A DNA stretch of 64,000 bases from Takakia lepidozioides (Eukaryota; Plantae; Bryophyta): NCBI GenBank assembly GCA_030704615.1, contig CM060734.1, positions 29,450,001-29,514,000 on the forward strand. Direction: 5' to 3'. The notes beneath the pieces were generated by a model. It did no database searches. It was not told where the DNA came from and worked only from the letters and a program-made list of their open reading frames with translations. Shown here piece by piece: positions 1-10,699 of this stretch. Position 1 is the stretch's first letter, and the number at the start of each line of letters is the position of its first letter. A program made the position numbers and the translations under genes.

Positions 1-129
1 GGGAAAAATAGGCTGAAATAGGTCGAAGAAGAAGGTGCCCTCACCACATTGTCCTCGACCTTGTGTCATGACCCATGGAGGATTTGACTGACCATGCACC
101 CAAGAGGACCTCTTGTGTGTGCGAGGTGT

Positions 130-530
130 GTGCTGCTTCCACGGGGAATTGTAGGCAATCTGGAGCTTGAAATCCGGCCTTCTTGGATGAATCTGGACCC
201 ACACTGCTACCTGCTCCTTCAGCTATCCATGCCTCTGCACAAATCATGCATACATCCTTGCCTTGATGCTAGCAGCTGACAATAACACTCTAGAATTGTT
301 CCAGCAAACACCCCAACCCTACTTATCACACTAGTTCCTATGCTGACTTGCGTCTGCTTCCAACAGGCATTCACCTTTTTGCCTGGATTGTCCCACCATT
401 GACTGGGGTCGGAACCGTATTCATTCCAAAACTTCTCCACATCTCTATTATCTATTTTTCGATACTTTCCTGTTGACCACATTGGCAGTAACATGTCAAA
501 ATCACTCCAACACCACCATAGATCCACCAA
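130..530 (-). pseudogene. Partial copy of PDF-motif/PPR gene (PDF motif only, split by intron 374..193)
   Basis: Exon reads FWNEYGSDPSQWWDNPGKK, then GT donor at 374, AG acceptor at 193, then IHPRRPDFKLQI. Near-identical to 1440-1945. Confidence 0.6.
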
Positions 531-639
531 CGAGCTAACTTGTAGAATTCAACATGAAAATTTAGGGACGACTCTGATAGCAGGGGAAAATAGGGTGAAA
601 TATGTTGAAGAAGGTACCTTCATTAGCAGTGGGCCTTGT

Positions 640-1945
640 TCTATCAATTGTGCTGCTGCCATTGCTGTTTCCAGTTGACCGTCTACCCACTTGTAGCCGT
701 TGTGCTATTGAACAAGGTGCCCCCCCCCTTCCCCCATCATTTGATCATAGGTCTCCAAAGCCTGCATACCATGTCCCTGCTGTGCATACCCTGCAAGCAT
801 CGCGTTCCATGACACCACATTTGGTTCAGCCATAGTGTTGAAAACTCCCTTCGCATCCTTAATGCACCCACATTTGGCATAGACGTCCACCAGGGGAGTG
901 TTCAGGATGACATCTGGTACAATTCCAGCTTTGATGATTTCACCATGAACCTCTTTCCCCTTTTCCAGAGGTCCCAGGCTTGCACACACATTGCAAACAT
1001 GCGGAAGAGTGATGTGGTTGGGCTTCACCCCTTTGCGCAACATTTGCTCATAGGTCGCCAAAGCATTCCTACCACACCCATGTTTGGTAAATCCTACCAA
1101 CATTATATTCCACATGATCAAAGATCGTTGAGGCATTCTGTAGAAATCTTGGCGAGCATCCATGATGCTCCCACACTTAACATACATGTTGACAAGGGTG
1201 TTGACACGAAAAAACATTTGGCATGAATCCACCTTGGATAATGTGAGTGTGCACCTGATTCCAACTTCCAGACCTAGAGCCTTTGTCAGTCTGCCTGCCT
1301 CACAAAGCATCTTCACATGCCCCGCAGAAAAGGCATTGTGGACTCCCTCTCTTGATCCTCTTTCAGAAGCTGCGGTCATGGTTAAGGACGTGCTTGATTT
1401 TTTCAATTGTGCCGCTGCAGCTATTGACTTTAGTTGACCATCTACCCATTTAGGTTTCTTGTAGCTATTGATCCACATGGAATCACAGGTAATCTGGAGC
1501 TTGAAGTCCGGCCCTCTTGGATGAATCTGGACCCACACTCTATCCCTTCTCCTTCAGCTATCCATGCCTCTGCACAAATCATGCATTCATCCTTGCCTTG
1601 CTGCTAGCAGCTGACAATGACAACCTAGGAAACACCCAATCACACTAGTTCTTATGCTGAATTACGTCTACTACTCTCTGTCATCTAATAGGCATTCAAC
1701 TTTTTGCCTCGGTTGTTCCACCATTCACTGGGGTCAACAAAGTATTCATTCCACATCTTCTCCTCATCTCTGTTATCTGTTTTGGATACTTTCCTGCTGC
1801 CACATCGGTAGTTACTTGTCATAGTCATTCCAAACCACCACAGATCCACCCAAAACTTACAGAATTCAATATACATCTCAGGGCCGAGTCTGATGAGAGG
1901 GCAAAACAGGCTGAAATAGGTCGAAGAAGAATGTGCCCTCACCAC
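640..1945 (-). pseudogene. PDF-motif + PLS-class PPR gene copy, degenerate
   Basis: ORF 1685..1945 (EWWNNRGKK) and ORF 705..1538 (IHPRGPDFK...PKWVDGQL, then NTLVNMYVKCGSIMDARQ, WNIMLVGF, LVDVYAKCGCIKDAKGVF, VVSWNAMLAGYAQQG). Donor mutated GT->TT at 1699; internal deletions; no E/DYW domain seen. Confidence 0.8.
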
Positions 1946-1974
1946 ATTGTCCTCGACGATTCAATATGTAAATT

Positions 1975-4190
1975 CAGGGCCGAGTCTGATGAGAGGGAAA
2001 AATAGGCTGAAATAGGTCGAAGAAGAAGGTGCCCTCACCACATTCTCCAAGGCCTCCATACCACGCCCCTGCTGTGCACACCCTGCAAGCATCGTGTTCC
2101 ACGTGATGAAATATCGTTGAGGCATTCTGTTGAACACTTGGTGAGCATCCATGATGCTCCCGCACATAACATACATGTTGACAAGGGTGTTGAGTAGAAA
2201 AATATTTGGCGTGCACTTTGGATAATATGAGTGTGCACCTGCTTTCTAGCTTCACTTGGCCTTTCATCTTGATGCACTTATGCAAGAGACAGACATACGT
2301 ATCTGAATCTGCTGAAATGCCTCCTTGGTTTAAAGTCAGTAGAGCCTCTTTCAGTCTGCCTGCCAAAGCATCTTCACATGCCCATAAGTGCCACAAGAGG
2401 CATTGTGGACTCCCTCTCTTGATCCTCTTCCAGAAGTTGTGGTCATGGTTGAGGTGGCAAACATGTTCACCAGGGTTTTGTTCAGAATGACATCTGGTAC
2501 AATTCCAACTCTGAAGATGTCACCATGGACCTCTTTCCCCTTTTCCAAAGCTGCCAGGACAGTGTTCTGATTGACATTTGGCACAATTCTAGCTTTGATG
2601 ATATCCCCATGCACCTCTTGCCCTTCTCCAGGCCGGCTGCCAGGCTTGCACAAGCATTGCAAATGCACACAAACATGATGTGCTTCCCCCATCATTTGCT
2701 CATAGCTCTCCAAAGCCTCCATCCCACGTCCCTGCCGTGCATACCATGCAAGCATCGCACTCCACGACACCACATCTCGTTCAGCCATAGTGTCGAACAC
2801 TCCCTTTGCATCCTAGATCCTAGATCCCTTTGCACCCACATTTTGTAAACAGGTCCACCAGGGTATGGTTCAGAATGACATTTGGTACAATTCCAGCTCT
2901 GAAGATGTCGCCATGGACCTCTTCCCCCTTTTCCAGAGCTGCCAGGGTAGTGTTCATAATGACATTTGGTACAATTCCAGCTTTGATGATACCCCATGCA
3001 CCTCTTTGCCCTCGTCCAGGCTCGATGCACCCACATTTCGCATACATGTCCACCAGGGTATGGTTCAGACTGACATTTGGTACAATTCCAGCTCTAAAGG
3101 TGTCGCCATGGACCTCTTTCCCCTTTTCCAGAGCTGCCAGGGCAGTGTTCAGAATGACATTTGGTACAATTCCAGCTTTGATGATATCCCCATGCACCTC
3201 TTTACCCTCGTCCAGGGCTGCCAGGCTTGCACAAGCATTGCAAATGCACACAAAGTGGCCGGGATTCACCCCCTCCCCCATCATTGGATCATAGGTCTCC
3301 AAAGCCTCCATCCCACGTCCCTGTTGTGCATACCCTGCAAGCATCGCACTCCACAACACCACATCTCGTTCAGCCATAGTGTCGAAAACTCCCTTTGCAT
3401 CCTCAATGCATCCACATTTGGCATACATGTCTAGGTCAGGGCAGTGTTCAGAATGACATCCGGTGCAATTCCAGCTTTGACCGATGTCACCATGGACCTC
3501 GTTCCCCTTTTCCAGGCTTGCACACGTCATTGCAAACACATACAAATGCGATGTGGTTGGGCTCCACCCCTTCGCGCATCATTTGCTCACAGGTCTCCAA
3601 AGCATTCGTACCACGCCCATGCTTGGTAATCCTGCCAACATTATATTCCACGTGATCAAAGATCGTTGAGGCATTCTGTGTTGAACACTTGGTGATCATC
3701 CATGATGCTCCCCTTAACATACATGTTGACAAGGTTGTTGAGTAGAGAAATGCTCGGCGTGAATCCACTTTGGACAACGTGAGTGTGCACCTACTTTCCA
3801 ACTTCTAGGCCTTTCATCTTGATGCACTTATGCAAGAGACACACATACGTATCTACATCTGTTGAAATGCCTCTTTGGTTTAAAGTTTGTAGAGCCTCTT
3901 TCAGTCTGCCTGCCTCATAAAGCATCTTCACATGCCCATAAGTGTCAGAAGAGGCATTGTGGACTCCCTCGCTTGATCCTCTTCCAGAAGCTGTGGTCAT
4001 GGTTGAGGTGCCTGATTTTATCAACTGTGCCGCTACAGCTGCCGCTTCCAGCTAACCATCTACCCCTGGAGGTTTCTTGTAGCTATCCTTCACAGGGATC
4101 CATAGGTAATCTGGAGCTTGAAATCCGACCCTCTTGGATGAATATGGACCCACACTCTATCCTGCTCCTTCAGCTATCACTGCCTCTGCA
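1975..4190 (-). pseudogene. Rearranged PLS-PPR copies with frameshifts and internal duplications
   Basis: ORFs 1961..2176, 1974..2396, 2351..2800, 2820..3545 and 3791..4024 carry P/L/S motifs (DMYAKCGCIEDAKGVFD, DVVSWSAMLA, GKEVHGDIIKAG). PDF second half again near 4060-4150. Confidence 0.8.
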
Positions 4191-4239
4191 CAATCATGCA
4201 TACATCCTTGCCTTGCTGCCAATGCGATCATCGCACTCC

Positions 4240-4386
4240 ACGACACCACATCTCGTTGAGCCACAGTCGAACACTACCTTCGCATCTTCAATGCGACCGC
4301 ATTCCGCATACATGTCCACCAGGGCGGTGTTCAAAACGACAAACCCTACAATTCCAGCTTTCACGATGTCACCATGGACCTTCCAT
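4240..4386 (-). pseudogene. PPR fragment at cluster edge
   Basis: KVHGDIVKAG...LNTALVDMYAECGRIEDAKVVFD. Confidence 0.7.
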
Positions 4387-6394
4387 GTCACTTCCAGGCG
4401 GAGGCAGTACATATTAAAATATATATTCCCCAAGGCCACATTTTCTTTACCTGTTTTTGTGAAACACACGTCAGCAAATGTCACGGGTGCAATCAATGCG
4501 CAGTGGTTCATGGAGTCGTTGAGTCGATTACATATTCACTTTAATGAATAAATATCTTTATTCCTTTAATCAAATTATGAATGAAAAATTTCTAGTCGCA
4601 TGTGCAGTAATTAGAACCACTTGTAATTTCCGCTTTTTCAAATTTTATGTATTTACGCAATTAATTAAATAGCCCGGATTTTTGCTACTACTCCGGAGTC
4701 GTTGACCCCACTTTTGCCCGCCGTCTGAAATGCCCCCGTGGGCCCACATTGTCCATTTCGACTCTCTAGTAGTCCCGCTTACTGCCAAGTGGTTCCCGGA
4801 GTGGTTGGCGGACACCCAGTCGATTCGGAAAAAACACGAATGCTTCTAGTGATGTGATAGCATTGCTATCCATTAAACGAGTGGAGTTTGAAAGCTGGGA
4901 GGAACGGAAAGTGAATGTTTACACTCACATGCATGAAGAACTTGTACTGGTAAAGAATTGGATTCCTAAGGATATCCTGTGGATCAAACTTACACCAAGA
5001 ACAGATTTTCAGACGTGCTTGCCATATGGTTATATGGTAACGGAGCCTTCTAGTATAGCCAAGGGTGCATTAAAACTTGAAAGAAATCCAGGCATATACG
5101 AGAGATACTATAGAAGAGAGTTTTGGTTATTGCCTCATTAAAGATATGAAAGACATGTGACATGAGTGATGAAAGAGAAGCTAGACTCCACAGATATTCA
5201 GCAAAAATAAATAAATTATTTGAAAGCTAATTATCCATATCTTTGGGAGAGAGGAATAGTAAAAGCCGCTCGACATTTGGCGACCATACTGGGGAACTGA
5301 GTCAAGAACAACCAGATGTGACAGGCATCTGGTGGGATCATGGTGGATGGAGAATTAAAGAATTTGATGTGAATCAAATTCCATGTGGAACTGAGAAAGA
5401 AAGATTGTCCAAACAATTCTTTCAGAGGTTCTTGGAATTGCCAGACGGTTGCAAAGAAAACATTCTTAAGAGAGTGCATGATATTGATCCAGAGTGGGGT
5501 CTGGAAAAAGTAGTGATAAAGATTTATCAAGTGGCCTGTAAAGGGAGAGCAAGTTGGTTACCAATATGGGTTTATGCACTAGAAGCATTCGTGTCATTTA
5601 CTACTGGGGTAACGACTCATTTTGAGTCGTAAAAGTCAAAAAATTGGGATCGACTAGAAGTTACAAACAATTAGTTAAAACAGACGTGGAAGTTGGATTG
5701 GCCATCTAATGATTGGAGTGGTAAAGGACGCAGACGCGCAAACAACTGCTCAGCGATTATTGCGATTAATGCTGAAGAACCACGTGGCGTAACCAGGCGG
5801 GCCGCCCGTGTGTCTGACTTTTTGGGCTGACTTTGACTTTTCCCTCCGAATGAGTGGACTAACTCACCGGAGCGCGGTGACACATGGACGCGGACGTGGA
5901 CGCCGACATGGATGACGATGTGGATGTCAACGTGGCGAAGCCACGGCGAGCAGCACTGCCGCCACGTGGTAGTTGACCACATAACTTGCAGTGCTACATG
6001 CCCAGTGACAACTGCGACTGCAGAAATCGGCGCAACCACTGCTTTACTACTTTAAATGAAGTGCTCGAAATTACTTGAATAATCACTCATAGTGGTTCAT
6101 GCTTTGAAGTTTTGGTGTTTGTAATGTGCAACTCTACAGCTTGCATGAATCAAACATCATCTCGTCGTATGTGTAATCTCCATCCCCTATGCTCTAAGAT
6201 CGTGCTCTCCCCTTGATCTCCAAGTCGTGATCCAAGAAGCAACCCCCTCCCTGTTGCTACTCTGCCTATTTTACCTGCAAGCTGTTCCAACCGCCTAACT
6301 AACTAACTGTCATCCAAGACAGAATGCACGCTCCCTGTGCAAATGTCGTTCCCACATAGTCGTTCCCTGCCAATGATAACCGTTCCCTGTGTAC

Positions 6395-6650
6395 GCTGCG
6401 ACGGGCTGTGCCAAGCTGTGTCGGGCTGTGACTGTGCCGAGCTGTGACTGGCTGTGTCGGGCTGTGACTGACTGTGTGAGGCTGTGTCTGACTGTGGTGG
6501 GACGTGTCTGACTGTGGTAGGCTGTGGTAGGCTGTGTAAGGCTGTGACTGACTGTGTTAAGCTGTGTCAGGCTGTGTCTAACTGTGTAAGACTGTGACAA
6601 GCTGTGTAAGGCTGTGTCAGACTGTATAAGGCTGTGACTGACTGTGTGAG
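6395..6650. repeat. GGCTGTG/GACTGTG-rich minisatellite (~10-11 bp unit)
   Basis: Repeated ggctgtgtc/gactgtg units; reverse complement resembles 58560-59100. Confidence 0.85.
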
Positions 6651-7009
6651 CCTACCTACCACCCCTAAGGCCCGTGTCTGAGCCTACCATCCGTAAGTCT
6701 GCGCAAAATTAAGGGTACCCCACAGAACCCGTAAAACTGTCTAAGTCCCAGATAGCCCTCTAACAACACGGACTTATGCTTTTACTATCACTATCATGCT
6801 TACCACTGATACTATGAACTCTTACTTCCCACATCTTCGTCACTCAAGGACTCATGTACTACACATATACATATGTACTACACGAGCTCCGCTCCCTGCT
6901 TCAATTCCTAATATATACTTCCCATTAAGTGTTCCTTGTCCTAACCCCCACTTATTTCTTACAGGCTTTCTCCCAAGTGACGACCGTTCAACATTTTCAT
7001 GCTCTCTTT

Positions 7010-7740
7010 CACAAGCTACTCGGATATACTGGCTCTCTCTATTTCAAACAATTCTACACGTACGCAACTCTCCCCAAGTATTTTCCCACAGTGATTTTTC
7101 CTCCTATCTTTCAAGTGAATATCATCCATCACTCTCCAGCTCTCTTTCAACTGAATATCATCCATCATTCTCCAGCTCTCTTTCAAGTGAATATCATTCA
7201 TCACTCTCCAGCTCTCTTTCAAGTGAATATCATCCATCACTCTGCAACTCTCTTTCACAAGCGACTCGGAACCACTGACTCTCTAATAAAAACACAATTT
7301 CACAGTCCTACGGTTTATCCACTTTCGTTACACCGAATGACATTTACAAAATACGTGGTTATTACTCTCATACATGTTATCTCTCAAGTGAATATCACCC
7401 ACCATCTTCCAGTTCTCTTTCACAAGTTACTCGAAACTACTGGCTCTTTGTAGGAAAAACAATCTCACGCTCCTGCTACCCTACCCACGTATTTTCACAC
7501 AGTGATTTATCCACTCTCTTTACACCAAATGACATTTGTAAAATACGCAGTTATTACTCTTTTACATGTTTTTTCTCAATTGTATATTATCCACTGTCCT
7601 GCAGTATTCTTTCAGAAGTCACTCGGACCTACTGGCTTCCTAAGAGTAAAACAATCTCACGCCCCTGCTACCCTACCCACGTATTTTCACACAGTGGTTT
7701 ACCCATTTTCTTTACACCGAGTGACATTTGTAAAATATGC
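7010..7740 (+). repeat. Nested tandem repeat: ~192-bp degenerate unit plus four 36-bp units
   Basis: cacaag/cagaag..actcg..actgg unit at ~7010, 7256, 7421, 7613; tttcaagtgaatatcatccatcactctccagctctc x4 at ~7108-7255. Confidence 0.8.
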
Positions 7741-7943
7741 CTTATACCATGTGCTATCCCCCTCTGTCTCCAATACCCACGAGCAACTGTCACTTCATTC
7801 ATCTGCATATACTTTCATCCACGTTCCTGCCCATATCCCCCGGTTATCAGCGTCACGTCCGTCGGTCAGCGTCAGGTTACGTCAGACCTAACGCTGAGGG
7901 GACCTCCGTCACGTTGGGTTCCGGGAATATTCCAGTAAAAAAA

Positions 7944-9310
7944 AACTAGGTAAAATATTGCCACTTAAGCAGCCACGTCGCCGACACGGTGGTGGTGGCA
8001 AATAATGAAAATTAATAAAATAAAAGCGACCGCCAATTCTGGTGGTCGCTTTATATTCGAAAAAAAAAAAAAACAGCGACTGTCATATTGGCGGTCGCCT
8101 TATTTTAAAAAATAAAAATAAAACAAGAGATTGCCATACTGGCGGTCGTTTTATTTCAGAAATAAAATAAAACACGCGACCACCACATTGGCAGTCGCCT
8201 TACTTTAAAAAAAAAAAAAACATGCGACCGCCATAATGGCGGTCGCATTATTTGAAAAATATATAAAAAAACAGCGACCGCCATATTGGAGGTCGCTTTA
8301 CTTTAAAAATTGAAAACAAAACAAGCGACAACCATAGTGGCGGTCACATATGGAGGTCGTTTTATTTTACAAATATTAAAAATAAAAGCGACATAAGAAA
8401 ATAAAAGCGACCGCAATACAACAGTTGCTTTATATTTCAAATTAAAAAAATAGTGGCGACTGCCAAACTGGCGGTCGCTCTATTTTACAAATATTAAGAA
8501 TAATTCTTTCTTGGGTTAAAATTTATCCAGCGACCACCAATTTTTTAAAATTAAGGAAAAATCACGTTTTTTCTTTTGTGTTTTTTTAATAAAAATAAAT
8601 AAATAAATAAATAAAATTTATTATTATTATTATTATCCGGTTGAAGATCTTACGCGACGCCACTTTGGCGGTCACTTTATTCTTTTTTTCTAATTTTTCA
8701 TTTTTCTTAAAATAATTTTTCGCTCTTTCTTGGGTCAAACTTTATCCAACTGGTGGTCGCTTAAATTTTTAAAATGAAAACAAATTACCGTTTTTTTTTT
8801 GTTTTTTTGTTTTTTTGAATAAACCCCGGCTGAAGATTAAACAGCGACCGCCAAAGTGGCGATCGCTTCATTTTCTTTTCTTTTTTAATAATAATAAGCG
8901 ACCGCCACAGTGGCGGTCGCTTAATTCCTTAAAATTAAAAAAATGACCACCATTTTTCAATTTCTATTTTTTGTTGCTTCGCTCTTTTTTGGGTTAAACT
9001 TTATCCAACGACTGACAATCTGACAGTCGCTGAATTTTTTAAAATTAAAAACAAATTTCCCGTTTTTTTTTTTCCACCATTTTGGCGGTCCATTTATTTT
9101 CTTTCTTTAAAAATTGTAAGTGACCGCCAGATTGGCGGTCGCTTAATTCTTTAAAATTAAAAAGAACGATCAGCAGCATTTTTTTTTTGTTAATCTTTAA
9201 TGCGACCGCCAATATGGCAGTCGCTTTATTTTGTTTTTCTACAAAATATTAAGTGACCGCCAATCTGGCGGTGTCTTTAAATTTTTAAAATGAAAAAAAT
9301 GACCGCCAGT
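7944..9310. mobile_element. Array of GCGACCGCCA-N-TGGCGGTCGC palindromes; probable CACTA-type subterminal repeats
   Basis: Over 20 imperfect hairpins, ~50-bp period at first, with A-rich then T-rich spacers. Begins aactaggtaaaat, similar to cactagtggtaaaat at 60783. Confidence 0.55.
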
Positions 9311-10699
9311 TTTTTTATTTCGATTTTTGTTTTTGTTGATTAAAATTTTAAAATTTGAAGTTTTTAATATCCAAGTTAGGAGAGAGAGGAGAAGACAAAA
9401 ATAAATAAATAAATAAAATACTGTTCGTAGAAGGAAGAAATCAAACGTGACGGAAGTTGGTGTGTTTTGGTGAAGTGCAGACACAAGGAATTTTGTTATT
9501 GGCGAAACGATCGTTGTGAAGATACATTGTGATTCTCTACCATTGTGGTACTTCATTCAAATCCAAGGTGATATGCTAACTTTGTAACCCAAATTTGAGC
9601 GCAATCATGTCCCATAGTTTTTTCATTTCAATTTGACTATGCTTCAGATTGGGCCGTCATTTTATTACCTTAATTATATGTAAAAATATTAGAGTTAGAC
9701 AATTAAGTTACATTTCCAAAAACATTTCACACACTTACATTGATAGAGTTCTTTAGATGTGCTCTTGTATGTTTATACAGAGTTGGATCAAGCACATATT
9801 TCATATCAATTAAGACATTGTGTAGCAAACAAATAGAGTATATCACAAAGCTCAAACGATTTGGCTGTGGGCAAAATATGCATTTTGGCCTACAAATCCT
9901 TGTGGGCTCATGCTGTATGAGTGTGTATTAGCTTTTTGGACAGCTAGAGAGCAAAATGAAAAATATATTATTCAACAAAATCTTCAAGGTCTCCTAATTG
10001 AAGTCATAGCAAATGTGCATGTGAACTATTCAATTAATTTATTCACGTGAGTTGTCAATCAACCATTGTGTGTACTGTTTCTCTCTCATTCTCCCTTGGG
10101 TTGTAGTCTGTTGATGAAGGTTACTTCATCCCTCAACCCATCATCAAGCATCATCTCGCCTCGTGTCCCCAAGCAAGCCACCTTAACTCCCAGTCGTCTT
10201 AGGACGGTTCCCAACTTATTGCCCACCCGTGAGCTGCTCCTCATCCCTCATTCTCTGTACATCTGCCGGGCCTCATTATTTTCCCATCAATGGAAGCCGG
10301 CAGGACAGAGGCAAATCAATCCACGCAGCCGCCAAGCCAACCTTCCCCCGCCACTGTCCATTTCTAGCTTGTCTTTAGTAGCTTGTATTTGCTCTTGTTG
10401 CTTGTTGGTGCCTCTTCCTTCCAGCTCTCTCATCGCTCTACATGTGTGGTTTATTATCTCCAAGCTGATTCTCCAGCTCATCCTCCTCTAGTGCTTTTTG
10501 TTGCTTTTGATTCCAGCTTCTTTGATTTATCCCCGCTCTGCTGTTCGGAAGATCCCAGTCCTATAGCTCCTCGCCCGGATCTGTTTTGGATTCTCTCTTC
10601 TAGTCTCTTCCCTCTAGTTTCTCCTCTAGTTTCTGTTGTCTGCTTGCTTCTAAGTCCATGCGCTTTCCTGATCCTACCTGCTGCCTCCATGGATCCTTC

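Noticed and set aside
1-4400. DYW deaminase editing factor
   Set aside because: No E/E+/DYW motifs (HSE, CxxC, DYW) visible in the window.
8020-9310. CRISPR-like array of spaced palindromes
   Set aside because: Eukaryotic context, degenerate repeats, low-complexity A/T spacers and no cas genes.
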